A DNA stretch of 54,035 nt from Alphaproteobacteria bacterium. GTDB taxonomy: Bacteria > Pseudomonadota > Alphaproteobacteria > UBA7985. A model generated the notes under the pieces. It was not told where the DNA came from, did no database searches, and was given only the letters and a program-made list of their open reading frames with translations. This document shows positions 19,550 to 28,742 of this stretch, in pieces; position 1 is the stretch's first letter, and the number at the start of each line of letters is the position of its first letter. The DNA is taken from NCBI GenBank assembly GCA_964228455.1, contig CAXQZM010000094.1:1-54035 (forward strand). Direction: 5' to 3'. The position numbers and the translations under genes were made by a program.

Positions 19550-21046
19550 TTAAGAATCATCTCCTACAAGAATGATTTCATGCTCCAGCGCTAAGGTTTC
19601 TGAAAGATTGCGCAGGGCAGCTTTGAAGAAGTCCTGGGTGGTCCAAAGCTTTTCTTCGTTAATTTTCAAACGCAAAGTCAAATTTTCTACTTTTAGACTT
19701 GTGGACCCTACGAGAGGTGCAATTCCTCGTGATATTTTATACGCTAGGCGCAATGCTCGTCCTGTAATATGAGCATGTCGTGCTTGAGTTTTCGACAACA
19801 GCTTCACTAACTTAAGCCATTTATGCTCTTTGCGGTTTGTCGGGTTACCTCCATGGCGCAACAATAACACGAGCCCTAGATATGCCCTGTCGCGGTGTGC
19901 CTGTGTTAGGGTAGCTGAATGTAGCACTGAACTTGGAATATCAATATTTCGATACGAAGGATGAGCCTCCCAGCCAAAATCAAAAAGTTGGCATGCTTGG
20001 CGTCGACGATTTTTTAGAGCTTCGTCTTCATTATCAAACAGAGGTGACATCCACTCAAATAGCGCCTGGTCAGCAGGGCCAAATCTACCTCCGTCTGGAA
20101 TTAATGCAGCAATAGCTTTATCGTAACGTGTCGCTTGATCCTGTTTTAGTTCTTGCTCTCGCCCAAGTAATGGTGCGCTGTACCCCTCTCGAAGGCCACC
20201 TTGAGAGAACACAACGCGCTGACACGAAACCTCTTTAGCTAGTTTATTGGCAACTAACGCAGCCCATGGCAATTTTTGCCTACGGGCGACCGGTACACTT
20301 GCCATCGCATCGATACGGTGACTTGACCGGACCAATATTTGTTTTGTGTAATTGCGAAGTGTTTTAGTTGTGGTTGTGTAACGGTGCAAAACATTAAGGG
20401 GGTAGGCTTTATGAACCATGTGAGCTGTCGCTAAAGCGCGCCATGTGCCACCAACCAGATATACTTGATCGGTTTCGTCGAGTTGTTTGAGCCAATTAAT
20501 TTTTTTGAAAGCTTCTTTCAATAATTGTTTTGCTGTATTTATCCCTATTGATTCCAGCCTCAGAACACCGAGAGGCAAACTGGTTTGGCAGTCTATTAGA
20601 CCGGATTTTATCTTGGCTAATTCTAAAGAGCCACCGCCTAAATCTGCGACTAAACCTTCGGCTCCGGGGCATGTTAGGAGGACGCCTTTTGCTGCGAAAT
20701 TAGCTTCTTCTGTCCCGGCCAGGATGCGAACTCGGGATTGCATAATTGACTCAATTGGTTCGATTAGTTCCTTCGCATTTTTTGCGTCCCTAACCGCCGC
20801 TGTAGCGAGTATATGGATTTCACTTACACCCAAGCCATCAAGAAGCCATTTAAAGTGAAGAAAAACATCGAATGCCGCTTCCATGCGGTCAGCAGAGAGC
20901 TTTCCCGTTTCTTCTAAGTCACGCGCTAGTTCTACTACTGATTTTTCATTTATTAAAGGTGCTGCAAAAGGCTTCGCTCGGTCAAATAAAACTAAGCGGA
21001 CTGAGTTTGAGCCTAAATCAATAAGTGCGAATCTGTCTTCAGCCAT
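19550..21046 (-). CDS. ppx: Exopolyphosphatase (Ppx/GppA family)
   Basis: 498 aa. It begins FALIDLGSNSVRLVLF (ASKHA fold) and contains DLGGGSLEL. It lies tail to tail with ppk. Confidence 0.88.
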   Translation of the reverse strand: MAEDRFALIDLGSNSVRLVLFDRAKPFAAPLINEKSVVELARDLEETGKLSADRMEAAFDVFLHFKWLLDGLGVSEIHILATAAVRDAKNAKELIEPIESIMQSRVRILAGTEEANFAAKGVLLTCPGAEGLVADLGGGSLELAKIKSGLIDCQTSLPLGVLRLESIGINTAKQLLKEAFKKINWLKQLDETDQVYLVGGTWRALATAHMVHKAYPLNVLHRYTTTTKTLRNYTKQILVRSSHRIDAMASVPVARRQKLPWAALVANKLAKEVSCQRVVFSQGGLREGYSAPLLGREQELKQDQATRYDKAIAALIPDGGRFGPADQALFEWMSPLFDNEDEALKNRRRQACQLFDFGWEAHPSYRNIDIPSSVLHSATLTQAHRDRAYLGLVLLLRHGGNPTNRKEHKWLKLVKLLSKTQARHAHITGRALRLAYKISRGIAPLVGSTSLKVENLTLRLKINEEKLWTTQDFFKAALRNLSETLALEHEIILVGDDS

Positions 21047-22442
21047 CGTCTTTTAGGTTGAAAACACTTCGCGCAACCCAAGCGTAAGTTATTATGCCTG
21101 CCAGTATAGTAGCTAAAAGATTTCCCCACGCAATCGCAAAAAACTCATCCGTGAGAGTTTGAAAGAAAGCTATAAAGCCAACCGGCAACACAACTAGGCG
21201 CATTAAGTTAGCGCCTGCCGAGTAAAGGGGTTGGCGCATTCCTGTTTTGAATGAAGTGGCAGCATATAAAAAGCCAAAAAAAATTGAGCCAAAGCCTATA
21301 TAAAATAAATAGTCTGAAGCCACATCTGCTTCGCGCCCTGGTGTGGCGACCAAGTTTGCCAGTGAAGTGGGGAAAAGAGTTAGAACTAAGGTGGCAAGCA
21401 CGGTGAAGCCTAAAATCACGCTACTAGTAAGCCAGAATGTAGCTCGCACCCTATCGATTTGACCTGCGCCGTAATTTTGTCCGATAATTGCCAGAGCCCC
21501 AATTCCAACGCCGATGATTGGCAGTAACATAACCTGCTCAATCCTGGCTGCTGCACTAAGACCTCCGAGCGTTCCGGGTTGGTAAGAACTAGCAAAGCCA
21601 TTGATTAATAGGACATGCACCGCAACGATTAGCATCGATATGGATGCGGGTAATGCTTGTCTGCCTATTTCAAGCATTTGTGCCCGCTGTGGCCAGAAAT
21701 CTTTCAAACGGACTCCCTTTAAAGCGCCTAGTCGCTTAACCTCCCATGCTACATAGAGAAAGTTTAAGGGTCCCTGTAATAAGACGGTGCCAACTCCTAA
21801 ACCTACTAAACCCCAACCAAAAACATGCATAAACACATAGTTAAAAATCATATTCAAAAAGAAAGCGGCACTCAATGAAATCCCAAATGCCAAATTATTA
21901 CCCGCTCCTGATAACAAAGCGAAAAGCGCAAAATTGGCTATTATAAGTGGTCCACCGGAGTAGATGGCTACCATGTAACCACTTGCCCAGTTCAGCTCTG
22001 TTCCACCGAGGCCCTGAACCGTTGCTAGTGCTGGAAAGAGCAAACTTACACCAACGAGAGCCACTATTAATCCAATTAGAAAACCGAAAGTGGTTGCTTG
22101 AATCGCAATGTTTCGCGCAGCTAAGCTATCGCCTCGTCCATATGCGTTAGATATTAATGCTGTCGCTCCTTGGTATAATCCAATCCCAAATGCCAGCTGT
22201 AGAAAAAATAGAGGGAATGTTGCTCCCAATGCATCTTGAGTCGATGTGCCCTCAGGGCCATTCCATGATCTTGCATAAATCAGATCAATCACATTGTACA
22301 AAGTGTTAAATACGAAACCAATTGTTGCAGGCAAAGCCATAAAAAACAAGGCCTTCCATATAGGATCCTTTAATAGATCGATCGGTGCGCTTGATGCGGT
22401 AGGCAGCGCTAAGTTGTCCAACTCGATATTTGTTTTACTCAT
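21039..22442 (-). CDS. MATE-family efflux transporter
   Basis: 467 aa with about 12 TM segments. The N-terminal pattern PATIGFVFNTLYNVIDLIY...GATALISNAYGRGD is typical of the NorM/MATE family. Its stop overlaps the ppx start by 8 nt. Confidence 0.8.
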   Translation of the reverse strand: MSKTNIELDNLALPTASSAPIDLLKDPIWKALFFMALPATIGFVFNTLYNVIDLIYARSWNGPEGTSTQDALGATFPLFFLQLAFGIGLYQGATALISNAYGRGDSLAARNIAIQATTFGFLIGLIVALVGVSLLFPALATVQGLGGTELNWASGYMVAIYSGGPLIIANFALFALLSGAGNNLAFGISLSAAFFLNMIFNYVFMHVFGWGLVGLGVGTVLLQGPLNFLYVAWEVKRLGALKGVRLKDFWPQRAQMLEIGRQALPASISMLIVAVHVLLINGFASSYQPGTLGGLSAAARIEQVMLLPIIGVGIGALAIIGQNYGAGQIDRVRATFWLTSSVILGFTVLATLVLTLFPTSLANLVATPGREADVASDYLFYIGFGSIFFGFLYAATSFKTGMRQPLYSAGANLMRLVVLPVGFIAFFQTLTDEFFAIAWGNLLATILAGIITYAWVARSVFNLKDDG

Positions 22443-22463
22443 TTCGTGTTTCTTTAACGCGGA

Positions 22464-22895
22464 TTAATCTTGATCCCACATTTTTGTAGCATTTAAGTCT
22501 TGGATGCGCTGACTAACCCAACTTTCACCTTCTTTTTTCCAGAAGGGGGCCTTAGTTTTTAGGTTGTCCATCATGAAATCTACCGCCTCGATAGCAGGCT
22601 TTCTGTGGTTAGATGTTGCTAAGACTAGAACGATTTGATCACCAGGTTCGAGAGCCCCATATCTATGAATGATTCTCGCGTCTAGCAGTTTAAATCTGTC
22701 GATTGCGTACTTTCGAAGGTTAGATAGAGTATTTTCAGTCATGCCTGGATAGTGCTCGATAATCAATGGCACGTCGCGCACAATTCCAATGAAGCTTGAT
22801 AATGATCCAATATCAATTCGATTGCCCTGAAGCTTTTTAATTTCCTTTAGGACATCAAAATCCTGCCGCTGAACCGATATACCCAAATCAACCAC
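22464..22895 (-). CDS. moaE: Molybdopterin synthase catalytic subunit
   Basis: 143 aa. It contains FIGIVRD...HYPGMTE, HRKPAIEAVDFMMDNLKTKAPFWKKE. It overlaps moaD by 8 nt. Confidence 0.88.
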   Translation of the reverse strand: MVDLGISVQRQDFDVLKEIKKLQGNRIDIGSLSSFIGIVRDVPLIIEHYPGMTENTLSNLRKYAIDRFKLLDARIIHRYGALEPGDQIVLVLATSNHRKPAIEAVDFMMDNLKTKAPFWKKEGESWVSQRIQDLNATKMWDQD

Positions 22896-23145
22896 CAGTT
22901 ATCGGTGGAAAGAATGCAACTTCCTTGGCATTCTTTAATGAGCTGTCAAATTCTGCCAAACACTGATCAATCGCGCATCTGATTTCCGAGCGCCGAGATG
23001 ACAAGGATGCCCAATTTTCACGATGAGCTAGAAGATCATCTAATAATTTTCCAACACTTGCAGCATCCGTATCAATGGTAAATTCTGGTTCGCCAGTTTG
23101 GGTGCGTACCCAGGCAAAAGTTAAGATCTTCAAACTAGTTTTCAT
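22888..23145 (-). CDS. moaD: Molybdopterin synthase sulfur-carrier subunit
   Basis: 85 aa ThiS/MoaD-like protein ending in FFPPITGG, the C-terminal Gly-Gly. It lies directly upstream of moaE. Confidence 0.85.
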   Translation of the reverse strand: MKTSLKILTFAWVRTQTGEPEFTIDTDAASVGKLLDDLLAHRENWASLSSRRSEIRCAIDQCLAEFDSSLKNAKEVAFFPPITGG

Positions 23146-24356
23146 TTTACCAGTCCTCTTAATGGCAGTATTGGCACAGTGCTACCTTCAGAAATCAGAG
23201 TTAGTTCCTCACTCAGGATCGCTAGTGCGTGTGCCTGCGCAATGGAACTAATAACTCCAGCACCAGCTATGTGATAAGGGTGAGCGCTACCGTGCTCGTC
23301 AATCATGACACGTAAAAATTCTGTGCGGTTGCCTTTTTTTCTATATTCCTGAGCAAGAGGAGCGCTCAGCGTTACAATCGTGCTTTGGGCATCAAGCATT
23401 GCGAGTGCGAAGGGTCTTGCTAAGAACAACGCAGTCACAAAACAGGCAACGGGATTACCTGGGAGGCCGAAAACAGCACACTTTTTATTTAAGCGTCCAA
23501 AAGCAACTGGACGACCTGGTTTGATTCCAACACGCCAAAACTCAAGCTTGCCAATGTGCTCAATAGCACCTCGCACAAAATCTCGCTCGCCTACAGATAC
23601 GCCCCCCGATGTTAGAACTATATCCGCATCTATGCCTTTAAGTGCTCTTACTGCGGAGTCATGATCATCTGCGATTGTTGCACCATAGCTAAGTTCAAAG
23701 CAGCTCTCAGGAAAAACGGCTTTAATTATCCAGCGGTTTGCATCGATAATTTGGTCGTTAATTATCTCATCTCCAGAGGACATCACATGGATCTTTAATG
23801 GCCTAATTACCTCTGCATTTCTCACTCCCCCAGCCGCAAGTCGGGCCACATCAAGAGCTGTCACCAAATGTCCTTTCTGATAAAGCTTCTCGTCTTTGGT
23901 GATATCTTCGCCTTTAGGTCGCACATTACTTCCGATGCCAAGCTTTGCATGCATGGCTAATTGATTATCTTCAATAATTGCATCCTCATCCATCATGACA
24001 GTATCTGCTCCAGAGGGAAGGGGCGCGCCTGTGAGAATACGCATGGCAGAATTTTTGCTCAGCGTTTGCGCTGGTATCTCATCGCCGGCTGATACTGTTC
24101 CGATAATTCCCCGACTGAGATCTGATCCAGCAGCAAAAGCATAGCCGTCCACCGCCGAGTTATTGAAAGGGGGGACGTCCCGAGACGCAAAGACATCTTT
24201 ACTAAGCACTCGACCGGCCAGTTTATCGAGGTTGCAAAGTTCACTGGGTGCCAGGATAGGCTTTGCCGCAATCCGAAGTGCTGTTTGCGCCTGTGAAAGG
24301 CTCAATACGCTGCCTCCGAAGGCAAAGCAGTCGCTACTCAACTGGACCATGCACAA
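23142..24356 (-). CDS. moeA: Molybdopterin molybdotransferase
   Basis: 404 aa. It contains SAVDGYAF, ILTGAPLP.GADTVMMDE, TSGGVSVGERDF and LPGNPVA. Confidence 0.92.
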   Translation of the reverse strand: MCMVQLSSDCFAFGGSVLSLSQAQTALRIAAKPILAPSELCNLDKLAGRVLSKDVFASRDVPPFNNSAVDGYAFAAGSDLSRGIIGTVSAGDEIPAQTLSKNSAMRILTGAPLPSGADTVMMDEDAIIEDNQLAMHAKLGIGSNVRPKGEDITKDEKLYQKGHLVTALDVARLAAGGVRNAEVIRPLKIHVMSSGDEIINDQIIDANRWIIKAVFPESCFELSYGATIADDHDSAVRALKGIDADIVLTSGGVSVGERDFVRGAIEHIGKLEFWRVGIKPGRPVAFGRLNKKCAVFGLPGNPVACFVTALFLARPFALAMLDAQSTIVTLSAPLAQEYRKKGNRTEFLRVMIDEHGSAHPYHIAGAGVISSIAQAHALAILSEELTLISEGSTVPILPLRGLVK

Positions 24357-24850
24357 TAAGCCTTCACCCAGTGTAAAATAGCATTAAAGTCATTAAGGTC
24401 AATTAGCGGTGTATTTGGATCCAATTCGACAGAACAATCACTAGCAACTGCAATTATGCCAGGAATAGTCCCATAAAGGGGAGGCTTGCCTAGTTCCTTC
24501 CGGTAAATTTCTAGTTTGGGAAAATTCGAAGCTTTGAAACCCTCAACTAATACCAAGTCGTGAGGAGTAAGCTGTTTTAAGGCATTTTCAAACGAGAGTT
24601 CGTCAGAGCCACGCAGTTCCGTTACTAATGCCCATCTGTTCGATGAGCTAACTAGAACTTGCGTTGCACCAGCAGTGCGATGAATGTGAGAATCTTTACC
24701 AGGGATATCGATGTCGAAGTCATGGTGCGCATGTTTAATGGTCCCAACTCGCCGACCTTCTTTCGAGAGGTGCATGATTAACTTTTCTATAAGGGTCGTT
24801 TTACCAGAACCTGACCAACCGGCTATACCGATGACTCTTTGCGATTTCAT
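24338..24850 (-). CDS. mobB: Molybdopterin-guanine dinucleotide biosynthesis adapter protein MobB
   Basis: 170 aa. It has the P-loop VIGIAGWSGSGKTTLIEKL and contains IKHAHHDFDID and LVEGFK. Confidence 0.88.
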   Translation of the reverse strand: MKSQRVIGIAGWSGSGKTTLIEKLIMHLSKEGRRVGTIKHAHHDFDIDIPGKDSHIHRTAGATQVLVSSSNRWALVTELRGSDELSFENALKQLTPHDLVLVEGFKASNFPKLEIYRKELGKPPLYGTIPGIIAVASDCSVELDPNTPLIDLNDFNAILHWVKAYCAWSS

Positions 24851-25368
24851 GCTCTACTGATCTCAACTAGTCTCTTTGCAATGGCTATGTATCCTAGAAC
24901 TAATGATAGCCCCCACGACACCATACCTGGCAGCGTGAGCTGATGACCAATAATCAGAAATCCAATAGATATATATGTTGCAAAGGTTTTTGCTCTGCTC
25001 ATCACGGAAACTGGGATTTCTTTGCCAGCTAAACCTTCCCTCAGAGCAGACATGAGAAGTTCCCTGGCAAAGGTCAAAAACAAAAAGATTATAAAAAACG
25101 CTGAAACGTCGCGATTAACTGTAAGCGCTAGAAGACTCAGCAAGCATAATAACTTATCTGCAATTGGGTCTAATATTTTGCCCCATTTGCTCTCTAAGTG
25201 CATCTTGCGCGCAATAAAACCATCAGCCCAGTCACTCAACGCGGCTACGGAAAATATTAAAACCGCAAAGAGGTTAGAGAGGCCTCCACCATTTAAAATC
25301 AGGGGGACAATCGCTAGAGGGCTGGCCAATCGAGCGAATGTCAAGAACATTGGTGCGTAGCGACCCAT
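24847..25368 (-). CDS. pgsA: CDP-alcohol phosphatidyltransferase (PgsA-like, CDP-diacylglycerol--glycerol-3-phosphate 3-phosphatidyltransferase)
   Basis: 173 aa membrane protein with the exact CDP-OH_P_transferase motif DGFIARKMHLESKWGKILDPIADK. Substrate specificity is inferred only from size and context. Confidence 0.78.
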   Translation of the reverse strand: MGRYAPMFLTFARLASPLAIVPLILNGGGLSNLFAVLIFSVAALSDWADGFIARKMHLESKWGKILDPIADKLLCLLSLLALTVNRDVSAFFIIFLFLTFARELLMSALREGLAGKEIPVSVMSRAKTFATYISIGFLIIGHQLTLPGMVSWGLSLVLGYIAIAKRLVEISRA

Positions 25369-25384
25369 CGGTCCCTACTTTGCG

Positions 25385-25846
25385 CTATGAGTCTTCGCTG
25401 TCATTGCCACCATCAGAAATACCGCTGACTGCCGGCAAGTCATCCTCACCAAGCTCGTCATCGTCAAGCAAGCTGTCATCGTCAGCAGCTGAGGTGTCGT
25501 CACTATCCTCAAATTCCGGACCGAGATCAAGATCATCTGGGACATCTGATTCGCCAGCATTGTCAGTTTGATCAGCATCCATTGGCTCTGGCTCATCTAC
25601 GCCCTCTACAGGTTCTAAAACAGGAGCATCGGTTAGTTCTGTGAGCGGTTGTATTTCGACTGTTTCTGGTCGAACTTCTGCAGCTGGTAAAACTACAGCA
25701 GCGCGTGACCGTCGACCCCGCATAAATGCCTCAGGGTCAAAAACCGTGTTGCAGCTTGGGCACGTCACGGGGTCTTTATCAAAATCGTAGTACTTCGTGC
25801 CACAATTTTGGCAGATGCGTTTAGAACCCAACTTGGCTTTGGCCAT
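25385..25846 (-). CDS. TIGR02300-type (FYDLN_acid) zinc-ribbon protein with acidic tail, function unknown
   Basis: 153 aa. The N-terminus is KRICQNCGTKYYDFDKDPVTCPSCNTVF, a CxxC...CxxC ribbon with the YYDF(D/N) core. It is followed by a long D/E-rich tail. The gene is divergent from aroA. Confidence 0.8.
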   Translation of the reverse strand: MAKAKLGSKRICQNCGTKYYDFDKDPVTCPSCNTVFDPEAFMRGRRSRAAVVLPAAEVRPETVEIQPLTELTDAPVLEPVEGVDEPEPMDADQTDNAGESDVPDDLDLGPEFEDSDDTSAADDDSLLDDDELGEDDLPAVSGISDGGNDSEDS

Positions 25847-26035
25847 GGTCTCACCCTTCTCATTCGGAGCGCAGCGGCTCCTGTATCCAAAAAATTACCC
25901 GTATACTTGGGTGCGATAAATGCGCCTTTCAACGCTTGGGCCGCCCTTAGTCCCGACCTTAGCCCGCCGTCAACAGCCATCATGGTTTAACATAGCAGCG
26001 TTGTCATTTGAAACTAGGATATTAAAGGGGCGAAT

Positions 26036-27364
26036 ATGTCTACTCTACCGCCTCGGCCGCTATCTACAAAAAAATTTCCTGCGCTTAAGGGACGTGTTCG
26101 CATACCGGGCGATAAATCTATTTCTCATAGAGCCCTTATGTTGGGTGGTACCGCTTTGGGTGAGACAAGGATCCATGGCATTTTGACAGGGGAAGATGTT
26201 ATAGCTACTGGGCGAGCGATGAGCGCTATGGGCGCATCAATCCAACAAGAAGGAGAGGTTTGGATTGCTAGAGGGTTGGGGGTTGGCTCTTTAATCCAGC
26301 CCAGCTCTGTTCTTGATATGGGCAATTCTGGTACGTCGACTCGTTTGCTCATGGGATTGATTGCATCGAATCCAATCAACGCAAAGTTGGTTGGTGACTC
26401 AAGTTTAGAGACCCGACCGATGAACCGCGTTACGATTCCTCTGCGTATGATGGGGGCTGATTTCACTGAGTCTGCGGGTGGCCGATTGCCGCTTCTTGTT
26501 AAGGGTACCAGTTTAGCACCGATTGAATACGAAAGTCCTGTTGCATCAGCACAGGTGAAGTCTTGTTTGTTGCTTGCGGGTCTGAATGCACCAGGGAAGA
26601 CCACAGTAATTGAACCTAAGGAAACGCGGGATCATTCTGAGAGAATGCTCCGAGCTTTTGGTGCTGAGGTGCTAAGTGAAGGTTGCCGTGCGACTATTAC
26701 AGGTAACGCAGAGCTGATTGGCCAGACGGTTGTTGTGCCAGGTGATCCAAGCTCGGCGGCATTTCTTGCAGTTGCTGCGGCTATCACACCAGGGTCAGAC
26801 CTTACTATTGAGAACGTATGCTTAAATTCTACTAGAACGGGCTTGTTGCTGACGCTTCAAGATATGGGTGCGGACATAGAGTATTTTGATAAAAGGGTAT
26901 CAGGAGGTGAGGATGTTGCAGATATTCGCGTGCGACATTCGAACCTTAAAGGAGTAACCGTTCCAGCAGATCGCGCTGCTTCAATGATAGATGAATACCT
27001 TATAATGTCTGTGGCAGCCGCTTGTGCGGACGGAGAAACCAAAATGTTAGGCTTAGACGAGCTTCGCGTGAAGGAGAGTGACAGGCTTGCTGGCGCCGCT
27101 TCAATACTTAAAGCCGCTGGCGTTCCGCATCAAACGGGAGATGATTGGCTATTGGTGGAGGGTCAAGGAGGCGGGCACGGAACAGCAAGTATTCCAGGAG
27201 GTGGGCAGGTACATACCAAGTTGGATCACCGTATGGCTATGGCAACGTTGATTTTGGGGGGTGTAACCCAAGCCGGAATGAGCGTTGATGACTCGAATTG
27301 CATTCTTACAAGCTTTCCAACTTTTGAAGAACTATTTGCTAGTCTTGGAGCAAGATTTTTCTGA
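26036..27364 (+). CDS. aroA: 3-phosphoshikimate 1-carboxyvinyltransferase (EPSP synthase, class II-like)
   Basis: 442 aa. It contains RIPGDKSISHRALMLG, LDMGNSGTSTRLLMG, LRVKESDRL and KLDHRMAMA. As I remember it, the sequence closely resembles Agrobacterium-type class II EPSPS. Confidence 0.95.
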   Translation: MSTLPPRPLSTKKFPALKGRVRIPGDKSISHRALMLGGTALGETRIHGILTGEDVIATGRAMSAMGASIQQEGEVWIARGLGVGSLIQPSSVLDMGNSGTSTRLLMGLIASNPINAKLVGDSSLETRPMNRVTIPLRMMGADFTESAGGRLPLLVKGTSLAPIEYESPVASAQVKSCLLLAGLNAPGKTTVIEPKETRDHSERMLRAFGAEVLSEGCRATITGNAELIGQTVVVPGDPSSAAFLAVAAAITPGSDLTIENVCLNSTRTGLLLTLQDMGADIEYFDKRVSGGEDVADIRVRHSNLKGVTVPADRAASMIDEYLIMSVAAACADGETKMLGLDELRVKESDRLAGAASILKAAGVPHQTGDDWLLVEGQGGGHGTASIPGGGQVHTKLDHRMAMATLILGGVTQAGMSVDDSNCILTSFPTFEELFASLGARFF

Positions 27365-27600
27365 TATTATCTGCCTATTGGTTTTGGCAATTAACCAAAT
27401 TAAATCGGCCATGGGCCCGATCATCAACATCAAATGTCGTGATGCCTTATGGGAAATTTCCAGTATAAACACACTTCCTAGGTAGTCTCACCATTTCTGG
27501 TGGATAGCCTACTTAGCCGTCATCAACAAATACAAAGAAAGAACAGTACTTTTCTATGGACTACGCCGTCCAGGTCTAGAGTAAGGTTTACCTGTAGACG

Positions 27601-28596
27601 TTAGGTGAATAGGCGGTCTGATACAGGATCTAAATCTGAGTACATATTTGCAACCCACTCACCGTATCCATTCCAAGGCAAGGTAGCGAAGGTCTCGGAG
27701 CGGCCTGTAGAAATATCCCACTCGTAAGCCTGAGACCACCTTCGATGCGGCACCTCGGGGTTTACGTTTGCCCAGAAGCCGTATTCACTGCCATTTGCAG
27801 ACGACCAGAAGGTTGATGGAGGCGAGTCAGTTAGAGTGATGCGGACTATGGATTTAATGCTTTTGAAGCCATATTTCCATGGAACGACGAGCCTTAAAGG
27901 CGCTCCATTTTGGCTTGGCATTGGTTCGCCGTAAATGCCCGTAGCTAACATTGTTAGGTCGTTCATAGCTTCATCTAGCCTTAGCCCTTCGCGGTAAGGC
28001 CAAGGAAATTGAGATGATAAAATATTCCGTTTGTTCCAAAGTTCAGCCGTTTCAAAAGCTACGAACCGAGCGCTTCCTAAGGGTTCTACTATTTCTAGGA
28101 GCTTGCTTAGAGTGAATCCATTCCAAGGCACAATCATTGACCAGGTTTCCACACACCGGTGACGATAGATCCGTTCTTCTAAAGGAAAGCTTCGTATAAG
28201 GTCATCAATATCAAAAGTCCTTGGCTTAGCCACCATTCCGTCAACTTGCACGGCCCAAGGTCTCCGATCTAACCGCTGGGCATTTTGCCAGATATTTTTA
28301 TTTGTTCCGTATTCGTAAAAATTGTTGTGGGTGATGGCATCTAATCGATCTGAGAGTTTTCGAGCCCCGCGTACAAAGTTGTAAGTCTTGTTCTGCAATG
28401 TGGGGTAGAGATCTGTGGTAGGGTCTCCTGATGCTCCTTGTGCTTGAGCATAACCCGGGATTCCGGCAGAAATTAAAGCTCCTGCTCCACCCAATGCGGC
28501 AGATCTTAAAAGGCTCCTCCGATTGAGGAAGGCCTCCTTTGGTGTTACTTTCGCTTCTGACAGGCTAAATGTAGGTCGATTAGAAAAATAAGCCAT
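27601..28596 (-). CDS. msrP: Protein-methionine-sulfoxide reductase catalytic subunit MsrP (YedY), periplasmic molybdoenzyme
   Basis: 331 aa. It has a twin-arginine signal (NRRSLLRSAALGGAGALISAGIPGYAQA). Its core is near-colinear with E. coli YedY: ERIYRHRCVETWSMIVPWNGF, NGAPLRLVVPWKYGFKSIKSIV and HRRWSQA. Confidence 0.92.
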   Translation of the reverse strand: MAYFSNRPTFSLSEAKVTPKEAFLNRRSLLRSAALGGAGALISAGIPGYAQAQGASGDPTTDLYPTLQNKTYNFVRGARKLSDRLDAITHNNFYEYGTNKNIWQNAQRLDRRPWAVQVDGMVAKPRTFDIDDLIRSFPLEERIYRHRCVETWSMIVPWNGFTLSKLLEIVEPLGSARFVAFETAELWNKRNILSSQFPWPYREGLRLDEAMNDLTMLATGIYGEPMPSQNGAPLRLVVPWKYGFKSIKSIVRITLTDSPPSTFWSSANGSEYGFWANVNPEVPHRRWSQAYEWDISTGRSETFATLPWNGYGEWVANMYSDLDPVSDRLFT

Positions 28597-28742
28597 TAAT
28601 TCCTCTCAAACATATAACTAGGGCAAGATTATGCTTTGTGCAGGGTTGCGGGTAGATGAAACCCTGTATTCACCTCGAGTTAGCCAGCCTTCGACGTTGA
28701 AAAGATAAATAAAGGATTTGGTTTTAATGCAAAGTATTTTTT

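Noticed and set aside
28597-28742. Possible molybdenum-cofactor (Moco) riboswitch in the msrP leader, since msrP encodes a molybdoenzyme.
   Set aside because: Reading the minus strand, I could not find the conserved Moco-motif elements as I remember them. Only a single 7-bp hairpin is present, and the spacer is AT-rich. A covariance-model scan would settle it.
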